Of a stretch of 64,000 nucleotides of DNA, positions 21,212-29,702 are shown piece after piece. The DNA comes from Candidatus Heimdallarchaeum aukensis. GTDB taxonomy: Archaea > Asgardarchaeota > Heimdallarchaeia > Heimdallarchaeales > Heimdallarchaeaceae. The stretch is from contig CP084166.1 in the NCBI GenBank assembly GCA_021513695.1, forward strand, positions 416,001-480,000, given 5' to 3'. The notes below the pieces were generated by a model. That model was not told the DNA's origin and ran no database searches. It worked only from the letters and a program-made list of their open reading frames with translations. The position numbers and the translations under genes are program-made. How positions within the stretch are numbered: position 1 is the stretch's first letter; each line of letters opens with the position of its first letter.

Positions 21212-22174
21212 ATGAGCTCTTCAGATTTTGCTGTAGAAACCAATAGGTTAACAAAAGATTATGGATCATTAAGGGCAGTAAATGAAATTGATCTATCTAT
21301 TGAAAAATCAGAAATTTTTGGTTTGCTTGGTCCAAACGGTGCAGGAAAAACTACTACCATCAGGCTTCTTTCTGGAATGCTAACACCTACTTTTGGAAAA
21401 GCTAAAGTTTTAGGTATGGATTCTGTGGAAAAATCCCTCCAAATCAGAGAAAAAACAGGATTACTGACTGAAACCCCTTCGATTTATGACAGATTAACTG
21501 TTAGAGAAAACCTTACTTTCTTTGGTAGAATATATGGAGTTAAAACTGATTCCTTGAGAAAGAACATTGATAAATTGTTGGATATTTTTGATTTAGAGGA
21601 GAAAATAGATACAAAGGCAGGTACCTTATCAAAGGGTATGCGACAGAAAGTAGCAATAGCAAGAACACTTATTCATGATCCTGAACTCATATTTCTTGAT
21701 GAACCTACAGCTTCTCTTGCTCCTGAATCAGCTAAAGTTGTTAGAGATCTAATCCTTAATTTAGCAAAGGAGAGTAAAAAAACTTTCTTTATTGCAACAC
21801 ACAACCTCTATGAAGCTGAAATACTTTGTGATAGAGTAGCAATTATAAACAGAGGAAAAATTCTTGCAGTAGGAAAGCCTAAAGAACTCAAAGAAATGAT
21901 GAAGGGAGAAACATATACGATTATTAAATTCCAAGAATGGAACAAGGAAATAGAAAACTTTCTTGAAGCACATAATTACAAGATAAGTAATCTTGCCAAA
22001 GAAGAAAGAAAAATACACATAAAATTAAAGGACATTGAAAAAGAAACACCAGCTTTAATTAAAAAATTAATTGAGAATAATTACAACATTGTAGAAGTTT
22101 TCCACGAGAGACCTTCTTTAGAAAAGATCTATCTTGAACTAATAGAAAAAGAATCAAATGGAGGATTGAATTAG
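21212..22174 (+). CDS. ABC transporter ATP-binding protein (ABC-2 exporter type)
   Basis: 320 aa. It has Walker A GPNGAGKTTT, the signature LSKGMRQKVAIAR, Walker B IFLDEPTASLAP and the H-loop ATHNL. Its stop abuts the start of the permease gene at 22175. Confidence 0.9.
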   Translation: MSSSDFAVETNRLTKDYGSLRAVNEIDLSIEKSEIFGLLGPNGAGKTTTIRLLSGMLTPTFGKAKVLGMDSVEKSLQIREKTGLLTETPSIYDRLTVRENLTFFGRIYGVKTDSLRKNIDKLLDIFDLEEKIDTKAGTLSKGMRQKVAIARTLIHDPELIFLDEPTASLAPESAKVVRDLILNLAKESKKTFFIATHNLYEAEILCDRVAIINRGKILAVGKPKELKEMMKGETYTIIKFQEWNKEIENFLEAHNYKISNLAKEERKIHIKLKDIEKETPALIKKLIENNYNIVEVFHERPSLEKIYLELIEKESNGGLN

Positions 22175-22990
22175 ATGAGATGGGATAGAATTTGGGCTTT
22201 AGCTAAAAAAGATATTAAAGATTATACTAAATCTAAATATGTTTTCTTTACAATTATCTTCATGCCATTATTTCTTTCTCTTATAATGGCAATATCAGGT
22301 GTTTTACCACTAGTTAGTATTCCTGAAGATGAGGTCGATGAAGATGATTTTGCTTCTATCGATAATATTGTAGCAAATGTGGTAAAAGGCTGGAATGACT
22401 TTAATCCCAAACAGAAAATGCTAATTATTAGTGCTTATGGGATGCTATTCTTTGTTGCTCTCATACCAATAATTATACCGTCAATAATAGCTTCGGAAAC
22501 AATAGTAGGCGAAAAAGAAAGGAAAACAATGGAAGGATTAATTGCGTCTCCTCTCAGCGAAGGAGAGATAGTAGTAGGAAAAATAGTTTCTGCTTTTCTA
22601 CCCTCAATTATAGGAACAATTGTTGCTTCAATTGTTTATGCGGTAAGTGTTGATATTATGCTATATCGTGAGATAGGAAGACTTCTCTTTCCAGATCCTT
22701 TGATTATTTTATTTACATTCGTTATCAGCCCCATAACAACTATCCTTTGCGTAGAACTGATGATAATGATTTCAACAAAGATGTCAAGTGTAAGAGATGC
22801 CTATCAAATTGGTTCGCTTGTAGTTATGCCTGTGTTCTTCTTTGTTTTTCTTCAGATGGTGACCTTCTTCTTTTCAAGTTTATTATCAATACTAGCAGGA
22901 ACTACAATACTTATCCTATCTACAATTTTCTTCTACAAGCTTGCAGAGAATATTTTTGACAGAGAAAAAGCATTGGTAAAATTAGTTTGA
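22175..22990 (+). CDS. ABC-2 type transporter permease
   Basis: 271 aa with 6 predicted TM helices. It is translationally coupled to the ATPase gene (TAGATG junction). Confidence 0.7.
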   Translation: MRWDRIWALAKKDIKDYTKSKYVFFTIIFMPLFLSLIMAISGVLPLVSIPEDEVDEDDFASIDNIVANVVKGWNDFNPKQKMLIISAYGMLFFVALIPIIIPSIIASETIVGEKERKTMEGLIASPLSEGEIVVGKIVSAFLPSIIGTIVASIVYAVSVDIMLYREIGRLLFPDPLIILFTFVISPITTILCVELMIMISTKMSSVRDAYQIGSLVVMPVFFFVFLQMVTFFFSSLLSILAGTTILILSTIFFYKLAENIFDREKALVKLV

Positions 22991-23020
22991 TTTTCTTTTC
23001 TCTTTTTTATTTTTATTTTC

Positions 23021-23063
23021 AGAAAAATTTTTATTAAATATATAAGGATATAATTGAAGGGGT
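23021..23063 (+). promoter_or_regulatory. Conserved promoter/5' leader module of paralog 1
   Basis: An 18-nt box AGAAAAATTTTTATTAAA (BRE/TATA-like) is followed by ..GATATAATTGAAGGGGT and then the TTG start. The same box with the same 43-nt spacing to a TTG start recurs at 25260. Confidence 0.45.
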
Positions 23064-25118
23064 TTGAACAGAGCAAAAAAAATAGTACCTTTAGCTATAA
23101 TATTTGTTCAAATAATTCTTTTTACTAGCTTACAGTATAGTTCCGTCAATGCAGATGAGATTCAGTATAACGTAATTGGAATAAACATCAATTCCGATAG
23201 TGATTTTATTGATTTTGCAAGGACAGGAGCAGGAACTAAAGAAGATCCCTACATAATTTCAGGGTATCACTTTGAGTACTATGAAATTGGGATATTTATT
23301 TCACAAACAAGTAAATATGTCATAATAACTAACTGTTCTTTTTCTAACATCAAATATGAAGCAATAAGATTGTGGTCTGTCAAATCTGGAACAGTAAGAA
23401 TAGAAAACAATACGATTGTTAATGCAAAAGTGGGAATATTCCTATATGAAGCTCCAGATTGTACAATAATAAGTAATAAAATAATGAACTGTTCTGCTTT
23501 TGCAATTAAAGATGATTTTTCTAGAATAGGATCAAAAATTATGAACAATACACTTTATAACAACGAAGAAGGAATAACCATAAGTGAAACTAATTACACT
23601 CAAATACTGAATAATTACATAATTTACAGTAGAAATGTTGGCATTTATTTAATGGATACCACAAATGGAACAGAAATACATCATAACTTCTTCTTAAATG
23701 CTAACAAACCTGCTTTTACAACAGCTTGTAGTTATGGATATTATAATAATTGGACATCAAATTATTGGAGTGATTGGGATGGTTCAAGTCCATATAAAAT
23801 AGAGAGTAAATATGAACAAACTTTTGACACAAATCCTTTAAGTTTCGATGACTCTGATGGAGACAAAATAATCGATATTTTAGAACTTGTTATGGATATG
23901 AATCCAGAATCAACCGACAACGACTCTGATGAAATTTCAGATTATGATGAATTACTTATTTATGCAACAAACCCTAATACAATAGATACAGATGAAGATG
24001 GAATAACAGATTATGATGAAATATTTGTATATTTAACAAATCCGAATACACAAGATACAGATAAAGATGGAATAACAGATTATGATGAAGTATTTGTATA
24101 TCATACAGATCCGAATAAAAAAGACTCAGATGGTGATACCTTTTCAGATTATGAAGAAATATTACAGAAAACCAATCCTAGGAAAAGTTATAGTAATCCA
24201 ATTACAAAAAAATATTTGACAATCTTTCTTCCAATTTTTTCAGGTTTATTTGGTGTTGCATTTCTTTCAACTAGATATTACTCTAACTCAAAGAAAAACA
24301 AAATTAAGGTAATCTTTGACACATGGAATGAATTTTTCAATGAATGGGAAAAAATAATTGAACAGATAAATAAATCAGGAAATTCAGAAATAGAAGAAAT
24401 AATCTTTGAGGTAAATCAGTTAAAAGAAAAAAAAGTAGATGAGCTTGAATTTGTCAAAAAAATAGTAGCTCAATCAAAGAAACTACTTATAGAACATATG
24501 AAATTCAACGTTGAATTAAGTTTACAAAAATACAAAAAGCAAATAGAAATTTTTGTTAACCTACAGAGTAATTTGATTGATAAAGCTTTAATTACCCTTA
24601 ATCAAATAACAGAAAATACAATTCTTAATGCTGTAAAAGATTATTTGTGGATGAGATTCGTTTATTTGTATAGTACTACTAGCAAATCAGAAGCAATTAC
24701 CACTATTGAAGATGTGAGTGGAGATGCACTTTTTAACAAGTTCATTAAATTTTATAGATCTTTAGATTATGAGGAAAGACTGAAAAAAGAAATATCCAAC
24801 TTAGCAGAAGAAGTAAAATTTCAGATAAATCAAGCAAAAAAATATGAAATTGAGCTTATAGAAAGTTCAATAAACTCTATTATTGATTCTCTATTTGATA
24901 AATTTAATAAACTTGAGATCGATATAAATATTCTTCAAGAAAAAATCAAGGATATAAACATCGCTCAGATTAAACTAGATAATCCTTCCGAAACTTTTGT
25001 TAGAATCGAAAATATAGTAAAAGAAGAAGTGAACATACAAATGAAAGATAAAGAAGAGTCTATTCAGTCTAATCTTTTCTCTAATCAAGAAAAAGGGTTA
25101 AAGAATCCGCGTGAATAG
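23064..25118 (+). CDS. Type I membrane protein: right-handed beta-helix (NosD/PbH1-like) ectodomain, TSP3-like Ca-binding repeats, TM, about 290-aa cytoplasmic coiled-coil tail (paralog 1)
   Basis: 684 aa. Signal-like N-terminus. Parallel beta-helix repeats are present (IENNTIVNAKVGIFLY, IISNKIMNCSAFAI, LNNYIIYSRNVGIYL). TSP3-like repeats follow (DTDEDGITDYDE, DTDKDGITDYDE, DSDGDTFSDYEE). The TM segment is LTIFLPIFSGLFGVAFL. The tail is K/E-rich. Confidence 0.7.
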   Translation: MNRAKKIVPLAIIFVQIILFTSLQYSSVNADEIQYNVIGININSDSDFIDFARTGAGTKEDPYIISGYHFEYYEIGIFISQTSKYVIITNCSFSNIKYEAIRLWSVKSGTVRIENNTIVNAKVGIFLYEAPDCTIISNKIMNCSAFAIKDDFSRIGSKIMNNTLYNNEEGITISETNYTQILNNYIIYSRNVGIYLMDTTNGTEIHHNFFLNANKPAFTTACSYGYYNNWTSNYWSDWDGSSPYKIESKYEQTFDTNPLSFDDSDGDKIIDILELVMDMNPESTDNDSDEISDYDELLIYATNPNTIDTDEDGITDYDEIFVYLTNPNTQDTDKDGITDYDEVFVYHTDPNKKDSDGDTFSDYEEILQKTNPRKSYSNPITKKYLTIFLPIFSGLFGVAFLSTRYYSNSKKNKIKVIFDTWNEFFNEWEKIIEQINKSGNSEIEEIIFEVNQLKEKKVDELEFVKKIVAQSKKLLIEHMKFNVELSLQKYKKQIEIFVNLQSNLIDKALITLNQITENTILNAVKDYLWMRFVYLYSTTSKSEAITTIEDVSGDALFNKFIKFYRSLDYEERLKKEISNLAEEVKFQINQAKKYEIELIESSINSIIDSLFDKFNKLEIDINILQEKIKDINIAQIKLDNPSETFVRIENIVKEEVNIQMKDKEESIQSNLFSNQEKGLKNPRE

Positions 25119-25259
25119 CTTTATTTCTCTTTTATAGTTGATACTTTTATTACAATGAACTTACTCACAATCTCTCTCCAAAAATATGAAATATAATCTT
25201 TCTTCCTAATGAATCAAACATTATTTATAATCTAATTTCACTTTTCTTTTTTCAATTTT

Positions 25260-25302
25260 AGAAAAATTTTTATTAAAGGTACAAAGATATGATTGAAGGG
25301 GT
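25260..25302 (+). promoter_or_regulatory. Conserved promoter/5' leader module of paralog 2
   Basis: It has the same AGAAAAATTTTTATTAAA box, the same ..GATATGATTGAAGGGGT leader and a TTG start at the same spacing as at 23021. Confidence 0.45.
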
Positions 25303-27288
25303 TTGAAAATAAAAAAGTCAAAATCTAATCTGTTAGTTTTGTTTTTAATATTGTTCTTTACTAGTTCTACCTATTTTCATATAAAAGCAGATGATAATAC
25401 AAAATCAGGTTTTGCAATTCAAATCTCTTCTAACGATGAATTTTCTTTATTTTCAAAAGCAGGTAACGGAACTAAAGAAAATCCCTATGTTATCTCAGGA
25501 TATATCATTGAACACTTCGAAGCAGGTATTTTTATATCTCAAACAACCAAATTTTTCGTTATTACTAATTGTACTTTTCTTAATCTAAAATATGAAGCCA
25601 TACGAATAATGACAGTAGATGTTGGTAATGTTAGAATAGAAAATAATACGATTATTAATACAAAGTTTGGAATTTATATATATCAAGCTCCAAAAAGTAT
25701 TATTGTAAATAACAAAATCGTTAATTGCACTGTATCAGGAATAAGAGACGAATTTTCAGGAATAGGTTCTAAAATTGAAAACAACACTCTTTACAACAAT
25801 GAAGAAGCTATTACAATTTATTCAACAAATTATACTCAAATATTAAATAATTATATAATCAAAAGTCGGAAAGCTGGCATATTTCTATTGTGGAAACCAA
25901 ATGGAACAGAAATACATTATAACTTTATTCTAAACTCAGTAAAACCTTATATTGCAACTGCTCACAACGAAGGATTCAATAATAATTGGACATCAAATTA
26001 TTGGAATGACTGGAATGGAACAGGAGATTATCAAATAAGTAGCATTTATGAAACAACATTTGATAAAAATCCTTTGAGTTTTAATGACACTGATGGAGAT
26101 AAAATAATTGATATTTTGGAACTTGTAATGAATACAGATCCTTATGTGGTAGATAGCGACAATGACGGAATTGATGACTATAATGAATTGCTTAATTATG
26201 CAACAAACCCTAATGCCCAAGACAGTGATGGAGATGGAATATCTGATTATGACGAAATAATTGTATATACAACAAATCCCAATGCACAAGACACTGATGG
26301 AGATGGAATAACAGATTATGATGAAGTATTTGTTTATGGAACTGATGCAAAGAAACGAGATACTGATGGCGATACTTTTTCTGATTATGAAGAAATATTA
26401 ATGAAAACTAACCCTAAAAAAAGTTACAGTAATCCTATTATTAGAAGATATCTAACCATCTTAATTCCTACTTTTTCAGGAGTACTTGTTATTGCAGCTT
26501 TTTCAACTAGATACTATACCAACTCAAGGAGAAACAAAATTAAGGTGATTTTTGAAACATGGAATGAATTTTTCACTGAGTGGGAGAAAATAATTGAGCA
26601 GATAAACAATACAAAAAATTCAGAAGTTGAAGAAATAATATTTGAGGTAAAGGAACTTAAAAATAAGAAAATTGACGAACTTGAGCTTGTAAAGAAAATA
26701 ATCAGTCAAGCTAAAAAATTACTTATCAATCATATGAAGTTCAATGTTGAATTAAGCTTACAAAGATATAAAAAGCAAGCTGAAATTGTAATTAATCTAC
26801 AGAATAACTTAATTAGCCAAGCATTAACTGCTCTTAATCAAATAACAAAGAATACAATACTAAACGCTGTAAAAGATTACTTGTGGATGAGATTTGTTTA
26901 TCTATATAGCACAACAGAAAAATCTGAAGCCATAACTACTATTGAAGATATAAGTGGAGACACTCTTTTTAACAAGTTTGTCAAATTTTACAAATCATTA
27001 GATTATGAAGAGAGATTGAAAGAAGAAGTTGCTCATTTGGCAGAAGAAATCAAATATCAAATAAGAAAAGCCAAAGATTATGAAATTGATCTTTTAGAGA
27101 GTTCAATAAATTCAATTATAGACTCTTTACTTGATAAGTTTAACAAGCTTGAAGTTGATATTAATTTTCTTGAAGAAAAAATAAAAGACATTAGTGTTGA
27201 ACAGTCCAAGATCGATAATCCAAAAGATGCCTTCTTAAAAATAGAAAAAATAGTTAAAGAAGAAGTGAAAGAACAAAAAAGCAATTAA
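25303..27288 (+). CDS. Type I membrane protein: beta-helix ectodomain, TSP3-like repeats, TM, cytoplasmic coiled-coil tail (paralog 2)
   Basis: 661 aa and collinear with the 684-aa neighbour. Long identical stretches include DKIIDILELVM, NAVKDYLWMRFVYLYSTT and SINSIIDSL. Confidence 0.7.
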   Translation: MKIKKSKSNLLVLFLILFFTSSTYFHIKADDNTKSGFAIQISSNDEFSLFSKAGNGTKENPYVISGYIIEHFEAGIFISQTTKFFVITNCTFLNLKYEAIRIMTVDVGNVRIENNTIINTKFGIYIYQAPKSIIVNNKIVNCTVSGIRDEFSGIGSKIENNTLYNNEEAITIYSTNYTQILNNYIIKSRKAGIFLLWKPNGTEIHYNFILNSVKPYIATAHNEGFNNNWTSNYWNDWNGTGDYQISSIYETTFDKNPLSFNDTDGDKIIDILELVMNTDPYVVDSDNDGIDDYNELLNYATNPNAQDSDGDGISDYDEIIVYTTNPNAQDTDGDGITDYDEVFVYGTDAKKRDTDGDTFSDYEEILMKTNPKKSYSNPIIRRYLTILIPTFSGVLVIAAFSTRYYTNSRRNKIKVIFETWNEFFTEWEKIIEQINNTKNSEVEEIIFEVKELKNKKIDELELVKKIISQAKKLLINHMKFNVELSLQRYKKQAEIVINLQNNLISQALTALNQITKNTILNAVKDYLWMRFVYLYSTTEKSEAITTIEDISGDTLFNKFVKFYKSLDYEERLKEEVAHLAEEIKYQIRKAKDYEIDLLESSINSIIDSLLDKFNKLEVDINFLEEKIKDISVEQSKIDNPKDAFLKIEKIVKEEVKEQKSN

Positions 27289-27295
27289 AAAGTTT

Positions 27296-28411
27296 CTAAT
27301 GTATCCTTAGATTAGGTGGAATAAGGTTTAGAACTCCACAGGCTGGACATTCTATTACTCCATTTTCGTTCATGTCTTTTAGATCTAAGAGTTCTCCACA
27401 ATTCCCTGCACAATACATGGGAATTAATTCTGGTCCTTCCTTTACTCCTTCAATTGCACTATTAATCTTTGGAATAACTTCTTTGTAGAGCCTTTCGTGT
27501 ATTTGATCCACTTCATAACCGTAGACCCATATAGCTATATTTCCACTTTTTTCTTTTCCTGTGATTATAAGTTCAACTATAGAAATATCTTTTTTTCCGA
27601 TTTGGGAGACAAACATCAGGTTTCCAATGAAATTTTCACTTGTATCCATTACTATCTGTTCGTTCACTGTTTTATAAGAATCAAATAAGGTTTTTAAAAC
27701 TTTAAAAGCGACTTTTGGCTTTGCATGGAATTCTATTGATCTTCCTAATGAATCGAGCTTGTTGTTCTTTAATTCCATTAAAGCTTCATAATAACCATTT
27801 TCTATTCTTTCTTTAAGTATTAAAGCTCGTTCCTCTCTTTTTTTGTAAGCTTCATAGATTAGTTCTGTAAATTCAGCTTGTTTTTTCTTAACTATTGTAA
27901 ATTTCGTTCCTTCATGTATCTTTACAGGGGGAAAAGGCAAGCTACCTATTATTTGAGACTGAACAATATATGGTTCTCTTAAAGTTGAAGGAACAATAAA
28001 GCTTAACGAAGTACCGTAATCGATTATTTTTCCAATGTTTCCCTCTCTTACTATTGAACTCCAATCTCCTCCAGGAATTGTAACTGTATCTGGAACAGCC
28101 AAAAACACAACATCTGCTCTCGGGGGAGCAGAAGATATTAAAGCTGTTACTTCTTCTCCATCACCTATTTCTCCTGCAATTCTTTTGTCCAAGTATATTA
28201 AAGGATTTTTTCCTTTTTTTACTATCTCATTGATTTCAGCAAAAACTGAACTAGTCCTTCCAATTGTAGAAGAAAAGAGAAGAGCATATTTTTCATCATC
28301 TGCAAGTTCTAATTCAGTATCTTCTGGTAAAACTATACCTATACCGTTTCTAAAAACTAGTTTAACTTTACATGTAACCGTTTTCACATTCCTCTCTAAG
28401 AAAATCCTCAC
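27296..28411 (-). CDS. CDC48 N-domain-like (double-psi barrel plus beta-clam) protein with a C-terminal zinc ribbon and no ATPase domain (tentative)
   Basis: 371 aa with a GTG start. The segment IYLDKRIAGEIGDGEEVTALISSAPPRADVVFLAVP...VKIHEGTKFTIVK resembles the substrate/adaptor-binding N-domain of CDC48/VAT. The C-terminus has CAGNCGE...CPACG, i.e. two CxxC pairs. Confidence 0.35.
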   Translation of the reverse strand: MRIFLERNVKTVTCKVKLVFRNGIGIVLPEDTELELADDEKYALLFSSTIGRTSSVFAEINEIVKKGKNPLIYLDKRIAGEIGDGEEVTALISSAPPRADVVFLAVPDTVTIPGGDWSSIVREGNIGKIIDYGTSLSFIVPSTLREPYIVQSQIIGSLPFPPVKIHEGTKFTIVKKKQAEFTELIYEAYKKREERALILKERIENGYYEALMELKNNKLDSLGRSIEFHAKPKVAFKVLKTLFDSYKTVNEQIVMDTSENFIGNLMFVSQIGKKDISIVELIITGKEKSGNIAIWVYGYEVDQIHERLYKEVIPKINSAIEGVKEGPELIPMYCAGNCGELLDLKDMNENGVIECPACGVLNLIPPNLRIH

Positions 28412-28435
28412 ATTTATATTTTCCTATAAGAAAAT

Positions 28436-28543
28436 AGTACTTCCGAATTATCTCAAAAAGTATGAATTGAGAACACGCCAATGATAGTATGAACTCCTAT
28501 AATTTTAACCTATAGAAATCGGTCAACTTATTGCGGAAGTACT
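28436..28543. mobile_element. 108-bp MITE-like element, copy 2 (inverted relative to copy 1)
   Basis: The sequence AGTACTTCCGAATTATCTCAAAAAGTATGAATTGAGAACACGCC...GGTCAACTTATTGCGGAAGTACT is the reverse complement of 18351..18458 apart from 2 positions. AAGAAAA is present on both flanks. The element lies 24 nt upstream of the GTG start at 28411. Confidence 0.55.
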
Positions 28544-28752
28544 AAAGAAAAAGAAAAAATAAAATTCTAAAAAGGTAGTTGGGGAAGAAATTCCAGAAAA
28601 TTAGCTAAAGTCCCATATAAGCCAAATAAAGAACCTAGAATTGAATAAACAAGTAAAGCATATTTTTGAAACCCAGAAATATTTATGCCTAACAAGGCTT
28701 CAAATTGTTTTTTATAGAATTTAACAGGAATATTAACAACAAAAAGTTGTTT

Positions 28753-29529
28753 TTAATTTTGTTCAAATTCTATTCTAATCTCATATGCAGTTTTTGAAGT
28801 CCAAATAGTTGGTGTGATGAAAAATTCTGCAACTATTTCTTCTTTATCTGGATCAAAATATACATTTCTTTCAGACGGGACAATATAACCAATTCCATTT
28901 GTAAAATAAGCTCTTACAGTCATTGAACCTTGATTAAGTCCATTTAGTTTTACTGTTGCTTCAGTTAATTTTTTACCCAATTTTTCTGTTGTCAAACTAT
29001 AAAGTCTAGCTTCTTCAGAACTAACTCTAGAGCAAGTAATTTCTAACTCATCCAGAGCATAACCAGTTTTTTTGATAAAAATAACTAATTTAAAGACTTC
29101 ATTAATACAAAAATTATATGGTACTTTTATCATTAAATTTCTACTATAGGTCTTTTCTTCTTTATCAACAGAGAGTGAAAGAGATTCTGTTTCTTCTGCT
29201 TCTTCGATCATTTCCAATTCAGGAGATTCAATTAATTTCTCATCAAGTGTCATAGGAGCAAAAGGAATAGGAGAGCGTACAGATTTTGGAAGTTCAGTTT
29301 CTTCTTCTGATGACATTGTTTTTACTGAAGAAGGAATAGAACGTCTTCTTTTTTTCTTACTTTTCTTATCTTTTCTAGATAATCTCATTTTATCCGTTAT
29401 TAGATCCTTTACATTTGAAGTGAAAATTTTCTCTTTTTGAAAATCTATCTTCTTAGAACTGAAAACAATAACAAATGTTACTAAGCTACTAACTAGAAAA
29501 ATTATTCCTAAAATAAAAGATGTTGACAT
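28753..29529 (-). CDS. Hypothetical N-terminally anchored protein
   Basis: 258 aa. It has an N-terminal TM (FILGIIFLVSSLVTFVIVF), a basic stretch KDKKSKKKRRRS, and a beta-rich C-terminal domain. Confidence 0.45.
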   Translation of the reverse strand: MSTSFILGIIFLVSSLVTFVIVFSSKKIDFQKEKIFTSNVKDLITDKMRLSRKDKKSKKKRRRSIPSSVKTMSSEEETELPKSVRSPIPFAPMTLDEKLIESPELEMIEEAEETESLSLSVDKEEKTYSRNLMIKVPYNFCINEVFKLVIFIKKTGYALDELEITCSRVSSEEARLYSLTTEKLGKKLTEATVKLNGLNQGSMTVRAYFTNGIGYIVPSERNVYFDPDKEEIVAEFFITPTIWTSKTAYEIRIEFEQN

Positions 29530-29702
29530 TTATATGAGGATATATATTATGTTTGATGAAAATATATTCCTAATAACAAAAATAATTGAAATATCAACTT
29601 TAAAGTTATACAGAAGACAAAAAAAAGTTTTTTTGATAATTATGTAGTACCCATTAATTTTAAAAATAAATAAATAGATTTGTTTTTTGAGCAAATGGGA
29701 TA

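Noticed and set aside
28035-28484. 149-aa plus-strand ORF
   Set aside because: It is antisense to the 371-aa CDC48-N-like gene and runs into the MITE-like element. It has no motif and its composition is typical of a shadow ORF.
18351-28543. Composite transposon, prophage or integrative element delimited by the two inverted 108-bp elements
   Set aside because: There is no transposase, integrase, phage or conjugation gene between or beside the copies. The intervening genes are ordinary cellular functions (ABC exporter, oxidoreductase, surface proteins). Independent MITE insertions are the simpler explanation.
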